From contig NC_073389.1 in NCBI RefSeq assembly GCF_028641065.1, positions 4,154,001-4,218,000 of the forward strand: a stretch of 64,000 nucleotides of DNA, given 5' to 3'. Each line of letters starts with the position of its first letter. Within the stretch, counting starts at the first letter, position 1. Shown piece after piece: positions 1 to 13,014 of the stretch. The stretch is from Leucoraja erinacea. Lineage: Eukaryota. The notes below the pieces were generated by a model. That model ran no database searches. It saw only the letters and a program-made list of their open reading frames with translations, and was not told the DNA's origin. Both the position numbers and the translations under genes were made by a program.

Positions 1-210
1 GTGCTGATCAGCGATCACCCCGTACAATAGCACTATCCTACACACTAGGTACAATTTACAATTACACCTCAGCTAATGAACCTGCAAACCTGTACGTCTT
101 TGGCATGTAGGAGAAATTGAGGCACCCGGAGAACATCCATGTGATCACAGGAGGAATGTACAAAGTTGGGCCTCTAACGCTGTAAGGCAGCTACTCTGCC
201 ACTGTGCCCC
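1..210 (-). mobile_element. HE1/V-SINE-type tRNA-derived SINE, partial
   Basis: Reverse-complement match to the SINE body at 44635-44942. Confidence 0.7.
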
Positions 211-620
211 CATGGAGTTTGGAAGGAAGAGGGGGAATCTCATTAAAATTTACCAAATAGTGAAAGGCCTGGATATAGTGGATGTGGAGAGGATGTTTCC
301 ACTAGTGGGAGAGTCCAGGACCAGAGGCCATAGTTTCAGAATAAAAGGGCGTACCTTTAGAAAAGAGATGAGAAGGAATTTCTTTAGTCAGAGGGTAGTG
401 AATCTGTGAAATTCATTGCCACAGACGGCAGTGGAGGCCAAGTCAATGGGTATTTTCAAAGCGGAGATTGACAGCTTCTTGATTAGTGCCGTATCAAAGG
501 TTATGGGGAGAAGGCAGGGGAATGGAGTTGAGAGGGAAAGATAGATTAACCATGATGGAACAGCAGAGTAGACTTGATGGGCCGAATGGCCTAATTCTTC
601 TCCTATGACTTATGAACCTC
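211..620 (+). mobile_element. CR1-clade LINE 3' fragment
   Basis: ORF2 C-terminus ESRTRGHSFRIKGR...FFSQRVVNL followed by the CR1 3' UTR (gggccgaatggcct). Confidence 0.85.
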
Positions 621-1182
621 CTCATGTGTACTGCCACACACAAAGCCGTAGACAAACCTTCAAAGGAATTTCAATTTGACAGTAAGGTATTTTGTCTAGT
701 TTTAATTCCTTGCCTGTTTTAGCTGGTTTTGTAAAAAGATCGAACCATTTTAAAATGTTTGAACCGTTTCCAGTTGTCCCTGACTGTCAGAGGGACATTT
801 GAACTTCCCATCAACATTGACATCAGCGGGTGGATGACACAACTGTGGTGCCCTGGCATCTTGCCCAAGACAGGGGCGTTGGAGAGGCTGTGAGCCGCTG
901 TGTTTGGTGCTCAGGGTCGGGATGTGGTAGCGCAGGTGTGGAGTGGGGGTTGATTGATGCCTGGGCAGGGAACTGGGTCAAAAGCAGTACTCAACACACA
1001 ACGCAACTCTGGTCTATCCAACCAGTGCACACGCTACCTACCGGTGGAGGTTTCTGGCAGTGCCACAAATGCAGGCAGCCTGCGGGAAGACCAGGAAGAC
1101 CAGGAAACTGTAACAAGGTGTGTGAATAAGCGTGGCAGTAAATCCGACCTGAAGCTGTTATTAAATTTAATTATTCCCTGTT

Positions 1183-1797
1183 AAAATTGTACAAGGCATT
1201 GGTGAGACCAAATCTGGAGTATGGTGTACAATTTTGGTTGCCCAATTATAGGAAGGATGTCAACAAAATAGAGAGAGTACAGAGGAGATTTACTAGAATG
1301 TTGCCTGAGTTTCAACAAACCCTTACAGAGATAGGTTGAATCCTGTTAGGTACTTTATTCTGGATGGGAATATCCAATACCAGAAGGTTAATTGGAGGGG
1401 ACCTGATAGAGGTCTTTAAAATGATGAGAGGGATAGACAGAGTTGATGTGGACAAAGACGCTTTTCCTTTGAGAACGGTTTAATAACTGCAAAAAAGATA
1501 TACTTACTTCTGGAAAAAAAGGGACAGAAGTTCCCACAGGGTAATATGAGGGGGAACTACTTCTAGACGCAGAGAGTTGTGGCGGTGTGACAAATGAGCT
1601 CCCAGTGGAAGTGGTGGAGGCAGGTTCATTGGTATCATTTAAAAATAAATTGGATAGGCATATGGATGAGAAGGGAATGGAGGGTTATGGTACGAGTGCA
1701 GGCAGGTGGGACTAAGGGGAAAAAAATTTGTTCGGCATGGACTTGTAGGGCCGAGATGGCCTGTTTCCGTGCTGTAATTGTTATATGGTTATATGGT
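1183..1797 (+). mobile_element. CR1-clade LINE 3' fragment with 22-bp flanking duplication; interior garbled
   Basis: ttaaatttaattattccctgtt on both sides (1161-1182 and about 1798-1819); LVRPNLEY..VQFW motif; (atatggtt)n tail. Confidence 0.85.
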
Positions 1798-1973
1798 TAA
1801 ATTTAATTATTCCCTGTTCATAAATAGTCTGACATTTGCAGCATTAGCATTTCTCTGGAGATAAATTGTGATTGATTTTGAACAGGTAACAGGTAAAAAT
1901 TCAGATTCAAACTTAATTATCATTGTGCAGAGTACAGTACAGAGACAACGAAATGCAGTAAAGATCAGGGGCA

Positions 1974-2628
1974 CCCTAACCCATTCTTTTGTATCCTGTA
2001 TAAAAATACAGAACTTCTGGATGGGAATATCCAATACCATTTCTAAAACACTCAAAATTCAATTGGAGTCAGATTCAAAATTAATAATAGTAGGAATGTC
2101 AGAGGGCTGCCCTAAGTTGATGATATTCCAAAGACGCTTCCTTGACTACGGTTTAATAACTGCGAAAAAACATATACTTAAATTCTGGAAAAAGGTACCA
2201 GTTCCCACAGTGAAGATGTGGATCACAGACACTACATCTAGAAAAAATAAGGCTTGTTTTGTCTGACAAATCAATTTTCCAAAATATGATCTCCATTCAT
2301 TGAATTTCTTCAACAACAGAATGGTTGAACACAAACTCAAAACCGACGCTAGGGTCAGGTGAGTGGGCGTAGAGTGGGATATATCTTCGCATTTTTCACT
2401 TCTTCGTTAGTTCAGGGGTTTTTCTTCTTTCTTTTTCGTATCTTTTCCAAAATTCTTTCTTTTCTTTTTCCTTTCTTCTTCCCTTCTTTCTTTTTTTTCC
2501 CCCCGATTCACTTACTAGTTTATAAAATGTTAAAACTGAAGCTGTACGAAAAGTGTATAACTGTTATGTCGATTACTTTCTCCCTTGTACAATTGCTTCT
2601 AATAAAATAAATATTAAAAAATAAATAA
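1974..2628 (+). mobile_element. L1-clade LINE, 5'-truncated
   Basis: ORF2 C-terminal peptide FW..ISNTISK...LITAKKHILKFWKK.P.PT; AATAAA and A-rich tail; TSD atcaggggca at 1964-1973 and 2629-2638. Confidence 0.8.
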
Positions 2629-3826
2629 ATCAGGGGCAATATAGGATTTTTTTAAATCATGGAAAGCTAAAATAACATCGGGCTTGTAAAAGTGATTTAA
2701 TGAACAATATTTAATAAGTTAACGGCACATGACGTCTATATTGCTAACATAATTAAAATATTCGGTCATTAATGTGTCAAATGACTGGAAAACATCAGTG
2801 TTGGATTTAGCCGTTCTGCATCATATCCCAAAGTATATTCTAAAACAATATATTTCTATTTCATCCATAATTTATTTATTTAGTGAAAATGCTTGACAAA
2901 AACCAATGTGTACTACATTTTATTAAAAATATATTATTGTTGTCTATAGTATTATTGTATATGAAATATATGTGTATAAAATATATGATAGTGTTTTATA
3001 ACATAATATACTATTCTGAAGAATAGTTTCGAAGAAAGGTTTCGGCCCGAAACGTTGCCCATTTCCTTCGCTCCATAGATGCTGCCGCACCCGCTGAGTT
3101 TCTCCAGCACTTTTGTCTACATACTATTCTATATTATCAATGCGTTATTCGTGGGGCTGTTTAGATGCAGGGAGAAGAATGTAATTGCTTTGTTGTCGGT
3201 ACATTGGTGTTTAATTGTTGTGTATATCAGTAACGGAACAACGAAATCCCCACTTTCTGCATCTTAAGCCCCCCTGAAAACAATAACACACAGATAAATA
3301 TATAATCAACAATACAATAAATGAATATACATCATACTCGGTAACCAAAACAATGCAAAAACCAAGGTGGGTAGTGCAAGCTAAGACACAGTCTGTAGAA
3401 GATCATCATTGCTGAGGTTAGTGCTATGTTATGACATCTACAGTTTTAATTTAATATAATTTAATTGGATTTAAATTTAATATTGGATTTCACTTTTCCT
3501 TTTTGAAAATAATATATCAACAAAATACCAGAGGTAAACAGAAAATATTTAACATCCTGGTAAGAAGCTTTAGATTGCCCCATGTATACCAGTTCTAAGC
3601 TGCTACAAACACAGTGACTGTAGATGGGAGTAAAATCAACATGTGTCGGAGGGAGTTTCCGCAGGCAGCTGGCAGCTTCAGGCTGTTTCCAGGTTTGACT
3701 TCATTGTAGTTATGCCGACAGACAATGGTCAGAGAGGGGGGGGGGGGGGGTAAATATGTGAATGGTGTGAGAAGGAGCTGGCAACAGGATGCCAAGAATT
3801 ACTTGCAAACCCACAAATGTTAGTTC

Positions 3827-4112
3827 ACAGTGGCACTGTGGTAGAGTTGCTGCCTTACAATGTCAGAGACCCAGGTTCAATCCTGACTATGAGTGCTGTT
3901 TGTACAGAGTTTGCCCGTTCTCCCCGTGACCTCCGGGTGCTCCAGTTCCCTCCCACATTCCAAAGACGTGCGGGTTTGTAGGTGAATTGGCTTCTGTAAA
4001 AAAATTGTCCCTTGTTTGTAGGATAGAACTTGTGTATTGGTGATGGCTGGTTGGCAGGGACTGGATGGGCAGAGAGGCCTGTTTCCATGCTGTATCTCGA
4101 AACCAAACTAAA
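3827..4112 (+). mobile_element. HE1/V-SINE-type SINE
   Basis: tRNA-like head with B box ggttcaatcc, conserved body, CR1-derived tail ggcctgtttcc..ctgtatct(aaact)n. Confidence 0.8.
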
Positions 4113-4790
4113 ATGGTAGTTTACAACTTGCCCAGGAGGTTGAGGATCCTTGATGACACCGTCCAGCTTCCTGCTGCATTTAGAATCAGGGTATAGTGTG
4201 CATAGTTTGTCCATATATGGAACGCAGGACACAGAACAGTCCAGCACAGGAGCAGGCCCTTGGGCCCACAGTGTCAGTGCCAACCACAATGCCAGATTAA
4301 ACTAATCCCACCTGTGTGCTTGTGGTTGATATCCTCTATCCCCCGCATGTCCATGTACATGTTTACATGCTCGTTAAAACTGGCTTTCATATCTGCTTCC
4401 AGCAGCGCGTTCCAGGCACCCATCACACTCTGTATAAATTAATCTTGCCTCGTACATCTATTTGAAACTTCCCCCTCTAACGTTAAAGCTGTGCCCTCTA
4501 ACATTTGGCATGTAAATCCTCAGAAAAGGGTTGTGCGTCTATCCCGTCTGTGCCTGATAATTTCATACACTAACTTCAGGTCTCCCCTCAATCTCTGGCG
4601 TTCCAAAGGAACCAATTCAACTTTTGCCCAACCTCTCCTTGTAGCTCTGCACCCTCTCTCACGCCTCCATATCCTTCCTGTAATGTGGTGGCCAGACCTG
4701 CATGCACAACCCCCAATGCAGCCGATCATACAGCTGCAATGTTACTTGTCAACCTTTCACTGATGCAGGCGGGCTAGCATTCCATATGCC

Positions 4791-5490
4791 TTTTTTTTTC
4801 ACTTAAAGTTTTATTGATTTTTCACAGAGATATATACAAAACAGTGCAACACCATCGCCATAAATAAAACAAAATTAGGAAACCAGCAATCAATATAAAA
4901 AATAGATAGGGAAAAAAAAAGAAAATAAATAAAAAAACTGGAACAAGAGCGTGTGGTTCACTTACCAAATTAAAAAAAAAGTCACATTGATTAGTTATCT
5001 GGAGATATTTCAATATTCACACAAACATACCATCTAGTTCTATATAACACAATCTTCCCATATCTAGCTCAGCATTTATCTAGTTGGTGTCATGGCTCAA
5101 ATAAAGGGTCCATTTATCCCAGATCTTCTCAAATGAATTCTCCTTGACTCTCAAGGAATATGTCAGTTTCTCCAGAGTAAAGATGACTCGCACAATTTCT
5201 AGCCACTGTTCCTGTTTTGGACTTTTTTCATTAAGCCACTGCCTGGTAATGGCCTTCTTACTTGCTACAAGCAAAACTTTAATCAAATATGTATCTTCTA
5301 TCTTTATTATATCTTTAATCACAGGGCAGGTATCTGAGATTTTATAACCCAAGATATTTTTAACAACTGCGTTAACATTTTCCCAGTATGGCCTTATCTT
5401 TACACAGTTCCAGAAAAGATGCGAGTGGTCTGCCTCCGTACTCCCACACAGCCTCCAACAGGTCCAACTTGTTGGACAGCAAGTTGTCTG
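4791..5490 (-). mobile_element. L1-clade LINE, 5'-truncated, inserted in an older CR1 fragment
   Basis: Minus-strand CWRLCG...HSHLFWNC..I..YW Cys/His motif of L1 ORF2; poly(T) at 4791-4799; TSD ccatatgccttt at 4782-4793 and 5491-5502. Confidence 0.85.
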
Positions 5491-6351
5491 CCATATGCCT
5501 TTATTAACCTCCATGCCCACTTGTACTGCAGCTTTCAGGGAGCTATGGACTTGCAGCCCAGGAACCCTCTGTATTGAAATGTTCCGTAGAGTATTTAAGA
5601 CTTTTGGATAGGTAGATGGATATGCAGGTAACGGAGGGATGGAGATATTATGCAGGCAGTTAAGAGATGGTCTTTGGATCATGTTCAGCATTTGGGCCAA
5701 AGGGCCTGTCTTTGCACTGTACTATACTTCATATGTCCTGCCATTTGCTGTAATCTTTCCTCTTACATTTGACCTTGTTTGATAAAATGAAAATGAATTA
5801 TACTAAGATACTCACAATGACTGATGAATAATTATCAATGCAAACTGCACTTATAGTTGCACTAATATGATGTTACAATCAATTCATTTACGTTGATTAG
5901 ATTTAAAAAAAATGAAAAAAAGACACTTAAAGTGCTTGTAGTAGAAAATATTCTGGGTGCTAGTGAGATTGGGAGTTGCTTTCATGAAGTGCGAACCGTG
6001 AGGTTGCCATAACCTACATCCGAGTTCAACGTTTTTGGTTCGTTTTATCGTAAATTAATACATAATTTGGAATCTTGGTATTTTTTAACTGTAAAAAAAC
6101 AACTATATATAACCAAATATTCTAAGCAGTTTTGGAAGAGTTCTGAATCGTGTAACTAAAGTATGATTGAACACAACCTTATAAATTACAATTGCGAAAT
6201 TGCATAAAGATTTTATATGTTTTATATGTTTATGCTACATGTTGTGTCCTGTTTATGCATTTTATTATTTTGTTAACCCATCATTATGCTTTGTATGGAA
6301 CTGATTTTTAAATTATGTAAAGCACTTTGGGGTCAATAAAATGTGCTATAT

Positions 6352-7190
6352 ACAAGATACAAGATACAAGATACATTTAATTGTCATTTGGACCCCTTGA
6401 GGTCCAAACGAAATGTCGTTTCTGCAGCCATACATTACAAACACATAGACCCAAGACACAACATAATTTACATAAACATCCATCACATCGCTGTGATGGA
6501 AGGCCAAATAAACTTATCTCTCCACTGCACTCTCCCCCCCCCCATGTCAGAGTCAAAGTCAAAGCCCCCGGCTGGCGATGGCGATTGTCCCGCGGCCATT
6601 AAAGCCACGAAGGCCTCAGAAGCCACGTGGCTCAAGAATGGAAGGTACATTACGTATGGTAGGCATGCATTCATTCATGTGTAAGAAAGAACTGCAGATG
6701 CTGGTTTAAATCGTAGGTAGACACAAAATGCTGGAGTAACTCAGCGGGTGAGGCAGCATCTCTGGAGAGAAGGAATGGGCGAACATCGCCCATTCCTTCT
6801 CTCCAGAGATGCTGCCTCACCCGCTGAGTTACTCCAGCATTTTGTGCCTACCTTTGTATTAATTCATGTAAACCTTTGTCATTGGAGTGCAATGGTCACA
6901 TTTTGGAGTGGGACTCGCAAGAATGGCTGAGTTAGTTGTTAGAAATGTGAGCAGATAATAGTTTTGTGGCAGACTACAACGTTTTATTAAAGCCACGCCG
7001 GGTGATGCAAGGTCGCACACCGGGTCTTGGTGTCAGAGCCCCCGGCGTGCGCTCGCAGAGTCCCGCGGCCATTCCAAGCCGCGCGGGGCAGTGATGTAGG
7101 CCCCGCTCCAGGAGCTCTTCAACCCCGCAACTCGGGCGGGAGAAGTCGCCGTTGCGAGAGCCCTGAAAAGCGGTCTCCCTCCAGGGATAA
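6352..7190 (-). mobile_element. Non-autonomous LINE-tailed element interrupted by a templated duplication
   Basis: (caagata)n tail, shared cataaacatcca..ctgtgatggaagg core and GC-rich body as at 33310-33945 and 52170-53045. Confidence 0.55.
6610..6985 (+). repeat. 376-bp direct duplicate of 8401-8776
   Basis: Colinear copies with about six substitutions, all transitions. Confidence 0.95.
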
Positions 7191-7904
7191 ACTTATTATT
7201 ATTATTATTATTATTAAAAACACAGAATCATTCTCTGAACCAAAATAAAATAATTTAACTTTATTATAGTGAATATTTACTGTTGGAGAGTATTGTGTAT
7301 GAATTAGATTTAGAAAGCCACGTTACAAATAAATCTTGTAACCGCTACACAAAGTATGACAGGATTTAAAGCCAAATTAAAGATATTGAAAATATTGTAC
7401 TTGTTTGACTGAGTCGACACCAGTTGAAGTGATATCAATGAAGGAGGTATTTTTAGCTACCCTTTGATTTTAAAATGTAGTTCCTTCGTAACTGTGCTTT
7501 GTTCTTCTGTGCAGCTCCTTGAGAGCAACCGACCATTTCTCTCAAGACAATGTGCAAGTGATTCTGTTGCCTGGTTTAAATATTTTGTGGCCCGCTGTAG
7601 TTTTTGAACTGGAAATCGACCGATTCGGTGTCCACATGTCACAGAGCCGTACAGCACGGAAACAGGCCCCACATGCCCATGCCAACCAAAACGCCCTATC
7701 TACGCTAGTCCCACCTGCCTGCATTTAGCCCATAGCCCTATTCTATCTAGTAGCCTATCCAACTGTCTTTAAAACGTCAGGATAGTACTTGCCTCAACTA
7801 CCTCCTCTGGCAGCTTGTTCCACATACCACATTTCCACGGTGTGTGAAAAAATGCCCCTCAGGTTCCTATTAAATCTTTCCCCTCTCAAATTAAACCTAT
7901 GTCA

Positions 7905-8370
7905 TAAGGTCATACTTCCTGTGGCAGCTGAGGAAGCACAATCTGCCACAGGCAATGATGGTCCAATTCTATACGGCCATCGTAGAGTCTGTCCTCGCCT
8001 TCTCCATCATGGTCTGGTTTGGCTCAGCCACCAAGCACGACATCCGGAGGCTGCAGCGAATCGTCCGATCAGCTGAGAAGTTTATTGGCTGCCACCTTCC
8101 CTTCATTGACGAGTTGTACACTGCAAGGGCCAGGAAGCGAGCGGGCAGGATCATCTCTGACCCCTCTCACCCTGGCCACAAACTCTTTGAACCACTTCCC
8201 TCTGGAAGGCGACTCCGGACTGTCAAAGCTGCCACAGCCAGACATAAAAACAGCTTTTATCCACGAGCAGTAGCTCTACTCAACAGCCAAAAATCTGTAG
8301 CCTCCCTTTGATCTGGTATTTTATTTTATTTCATTCACAAATTTAAACTATAATGTTTTATTTTTAATTA
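7905..8370 (+). mobile_element. Rex1/Babar-like LINE 3' fragment
   Basis: FYTAIVESVL.FSIMVWFG...DPSHPGHKLFEPLPSGRRLR C-terminal motif. Confidence 0.8.
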
Positions 8371-8849
8371 CTTACTGTTGCAATATTTCTATCACAAACG
8401 AAGGCCTCAGAAGCCACGCGGCTCAAGAATGGAAGGTACATTACGTATGGTAGGCACGCATTCATTCATGTGTAAGAAAGAACTGCAGATGCTGGTTTAA
8501 ATCGTAGGTAGACACAAAATGCTGGAGTAACTCAGCGGGTGAGGCAGCATCTCTGGAGAGAAGGAATGGGCGAACATTGCCCATTCCTTCTCTCCAGAGA
8601 TGCTGCCTCACCCGCTGAGTTACTCCAGCATTTTGTGCCTACCTTTGTATTAATTCATGTAAACCTTTGTCATTGGAGTGCAATGGTCACATTTTGGAGT
8701 GGGACTCGCAAGAATGGCCGAGTTAGTTGTCAGAAATGTGAGCAGATAATAGTTTTGTGGCAGACTGCAACGTTTTATTTTCCACTTCACTTTAAATATT
8801 AGCTGCAAGCATATCCCTGTTGCAACTTGGTCTCTGGTTGGTGCCTGGA

Positions 8850-9490
8850 ATGTTGGCCTTCACAACAAGAGGATTTCAGTATAGGAGTAAAGAGGTTCTT
8901 CTGCAGTTGTATAGGGCCACATCTGGAGTATTGTGTACAGTTTTGGTCTCCGTATTTGAGGAAGGGCTTCCTCGTGATTGAAGCAGTGCAGCGTAGGTTC
9001 ACGAGATTGATCCCCGGGATGGCAGGACTGTCATATGAGGGAAAGATTGGAAAGACTAGGCTTGTATTCACTGGCGTTTAGAAGGATGAGGGGCTATCTT
9101 ATAGAAACATATACAATTATAAAAGGACTGGACAAGCTAGATGCAGGAAAAATGTTCCCAATGTTGGGCGAGTCCAGAACCAGGGGCCACAGTCTTAGAA
9201 TAAAGGGGGGGCCATTTAAGACTGAGGTGAGAAAAAAAATTTTCACCCAGAGAGTTGTGAATTTGTGGAATTTCCTGCCACAGAGGGCAGTGGAGGCCAA
9301 GTCACTGGCTGGATTTAAGAGAGAGTTAGATAGAGCTCTAGGGGCTGGTGGAATCAAGGGATATGGGGTGAAGGCAGGCACAGGTTATTGATTGGGGACG
9401 ATCAGCCATGATCACAATGAATGGCGGTGCTGGCTCGAAGGGCCGAATGGCCTCCTCCTGCACTTATTTTCTATGTTTCTATGTTTCTAT
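8850..9490 (+). mobile_element. CR1-clade LINE 3' fragment
   Basis: [12 protein letters not shown]...[12 protein letters not shown]...ESRTRGHSL; (ttctatgt)n tail. Confidence 0.9.
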
Positions 9491-10522
9491 GGTACAGGAG
9501 GAGGCTCATCAGCCCCGTTCTCAAGATCTTGTACATTTCCAACCCTTTCCGAAGAAAAGCTTTTCCAGCGATGAGCAGGTCTTGGCTACAGAGAGAGGTT
9601 GTTTTTCCCTGGAACGCCAGGGAGACCTGAGAGAAGTTTGTAAAATTGCGAGATGCATTGATAGGATGGAAAGTCGGAGCTTTTTTTCCCAGGGTGGGAA
9701 AATCATAAACTAGAGGGAAGATAGGCACAAAAAGCTGGAGTAACTCAGCGGGTTCGGCAGCATCTCTGGACAGAAGGAATTGGTGACATTTTGGGTCGAG
9801 ACCTTTCTTCAGGGCATAGTCCTGAACTAGAGGGTACAGTTTTCAGGTGAGAGGGGCAAAGTCTAAAGGAGATATGGGGGGCAAGTTTTTTACACAGAGA
9901 GCGGTGGGTGCCTGGAACGTGCCGCCGGGGGTGGTGGTGGAGGCAGATACCATAGAGGTGTCTAAGAGGCTTTTGGATAGGCACATGGACATGCAGGGGA
10001 TTGGGGGATTTGAACCACACGCAGGCAAACAAGAGTTAATCTTGGTTTCATGTTCAGCATGGACATTGTGGGCTGTTATTGTGCCGTACTCTTCTATGTT
10101 CATCTTCATAAGTCATAGGAGTAGAATTAGGCTGTTCGGCCCATCAAGTCTAACCCGCCATTTGATCATGACTGATCTCTCTCAACCCCGTTCTCCTGCC
10201 CTCTCTCTGTAACATTTGACTATTGCCAGACCAGCTGATAAATTTCATGTTGATTTCTTTTTTTGCTGCACTTTGGAAACTTTCTTGTGTGTGTTGTTGG
10301 GGGAACACCAAAACCTGTAGGTGGGAGCATGATCTTAATTTCATTTGTGACTCATATACAGTCTATGACAGCCCAGTGAAGCATCTTTCCATGTGCAGCT
10401 TGCCACCCCTCCCATCCCACGGATCTCCCAGTGTGACTCTCTGCCACCTATCGGTGGTTGTCCCACTTGTCAGTACTTAAAAACATTCTTCATCTTTATT
10501 CAGGTGATGCCAGTCAAGTATA

Positions 10523-10907
10523 GGGTGATTTCACCAAATGTCAAATGAGCGTAGATCCCCCCTCACGTGACCGAAAATTTTAACTGGAGGACATATGTCA
10601 GTTCGGTACATGTTAGTGAATGGGGAAACACGCATTTTCCCACCCGTTAAAAACATGGAAAACGGCCGATTTTTGAGCTGAAATTTTCTGTGCTAGTCGG
10701 GGTGACCGTGAAGCACAGCGACCTAAATTTTCAGGCAAAAACAAAGATAGAAAGTAAGGTAATTACAAGAGGGAATTGAAGGTAGAACACAGCGGAAGTG
10801 AACAGCCGACATTTGCCGTGGAGATTTAAAGATCCAAAATATCGGGAATTATCGCGTTTGCTCGCTGAATTTCATCAAAAGTAATTTGACATTTGGTGAA
10901 ATCACCC
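10523..10907. mobile_element. MITE with perfect 24-bp TIRs
   Basis: GGGTGATTTCACCAAATGTCAAAT at 10523-10546 and its reverse complement at 10884-10907; TATA on both flanks. Confidence 0.85.
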
Positions 10908-13014
10908 TATACATCTCTGTAAAACCAGGATAGACACAAAATGCTGGAGTAAGTCAGCGGGCCAGGCAGCATCTCTGGAGAGAAGGAAAGGGACCCTCCT
11001 TAAATTTAGTCCCGACCCGAAACGTCACCCCTGTTTCTCCAGAGATGCTGCCTGACCCACTGAGTAATTCTGTTTGAAGTCTGTGTTTCGAGAACATTGC
11101 TTTTACAATTTGCCAAAACCTTCAAACTTTGGAAATGTTTCGAAAACTTAATTTAAATGTTCCTTTTGTTAAGTCGTTGCAATTATGTTGGCTGCTGTAG
11201 GAGCTGCACAAAACACACACACCCTCCAATTTTCTTAGGATTAAAATGATTAAGATGCTTCTCATTTGGCTGTTTCTTTCATTTGACTGCAGGATCTGAA
11301 AGTTTGTTTCAACAAGCTTTTGCAAACTTTATTATGCATTAGTTGACATTTTATAGGATATTGATAGGAAGGAGGCAGTGTTAAGAGAAACATACCAGAG
11401 TGCAGAATATAGTCTTTCAGCATTATAGCATTCAGTTCCAGAGAAAAAGTGCAAGGTGTGCATTGAGGTAGATTGGAAGATCGGGACTACACCCTAGCTT
11501 ATGGGAGGACCATTCAATATTGTAATAACAGCAGGGAACAATCTGTTCCTGAGTCTGGTGATACGTGCGTTCAAATCCTTTGTATTCTCTGTCCAATGGG
11601 GAAGAAAAGAGTTTAAAAACAAATAAATTAATAGACTTTTATTTCCTTCAAAATGCGGAATCCTAAATAAAAATTAAAGTCTTTAATTTATTTATTTGTA
11701 ATCGACAGATCTCATGTAATGAGTTGGATATTGGTTTATCTTGCTCTAATTATAAATTTAGTTAAATACAATTACACAATATAAATACTAGTATTAGTTA
11801 AGTATTAAAACAGAATACCTTTTCAGTGAGGGTTAAAGGTTTGTTTCCAATGTTGTGGTCACTCTCAATGTTCAACCTATGGCTGGTCGATATAAACAAG
11901 GTGACCAGGAATGCCCCTGGACTTGGTGCTGAGTGCAGAGACAGAGGGAGAGATCAGAAATGTGGACGCAGCCCAGACCAACCCTTTTATTGACCCATGT
12001 AAACCTCACGCTGCCTCGACAAGGCCAGCAGCATAATTAAAGATGTGTTGCACCCCAGCCACTCCCTCTTCTCCCCTCTCCCATCCGGCAAGAAAATGCA
12101 CATCTCCAGATTCAGGGGCGGTTTCTTCCCAAGATAGACACAAAAAGCTGCAGTAACTCAGCGGGACAGGCAGCATTTCTGGAGAGCAGGAATGGGTAAC
12201 GTTTCAGTCTGAAGAAGGATCTCAACCCGAAACGTCACCCATTCCTTCTCTCCAGAGATGCTGCCTGTCCCGCTGAGTTACTCCAGCTTTTTGTGCCTAT
12301 CTTCAGCTTGTATGATTTACAAAAGGAACATGAAAGTTTTTTCTATTTTTACAGCGATGATTAACTAAGTTTGAGGATTATTTTCACGTTGATTGATAAA
12401 TGGATAAACCCGCCATGTTCATTCTCAACTGTTTAAAATAGGTAAAGATTTTCATTTCAAAACCATTGCCTTATAGCAATGTTTGTATCAGTCTTTCTTG
12501 CAAAAAATATCTTTCAGATGTGGTGTAAAGGGAGTGTATATTTGAGAATCTGACAAAGATCTTCAGTTCTTTTTCTACTAATAGTCACCGTTACAGATCG
12601 CGGCATATCAGTATCAGTAAATCAACGTGATCCAAATCAGAATCTTGGCTGTGGGAGTTACGATATCTCCCTTCCATCTCTATTTGGAAATAGAATGCAT
12701 CACCATCCTAAATATATAGCTTTTACACTCTTTATAACTAGAATCTCTGGTTATCTTTGATTTAGTGGGTTTGATTTCCATGGAAAGTTGTGTTGTGAGT
12801 TTTACATTTTATCAACTGCACTTGGTATCCAGACTGAGCGACATCACCAACGTCTATCACTGTTTGATTACAGCACAGTTTATTCCAGTTAACAACATTA
12901 TCTTGAGGGCTAACATCATTCATTGATTCCACTCAGTATTCAACATTTGGACTTATTTTATTAACCAGACACATTTTATTTTAAAGAACAAATTTCAAAC
13001 ATTGAGGGTTTCAC

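Noticed and set aside
830-1184. Overlapping 76-99 aa ORFs in GC-richer unique sequence
   Set aside because: No recognisable domain or convincing exon chain; I saw no CREG1-like peptide although mammalian synteny would place it upstream.
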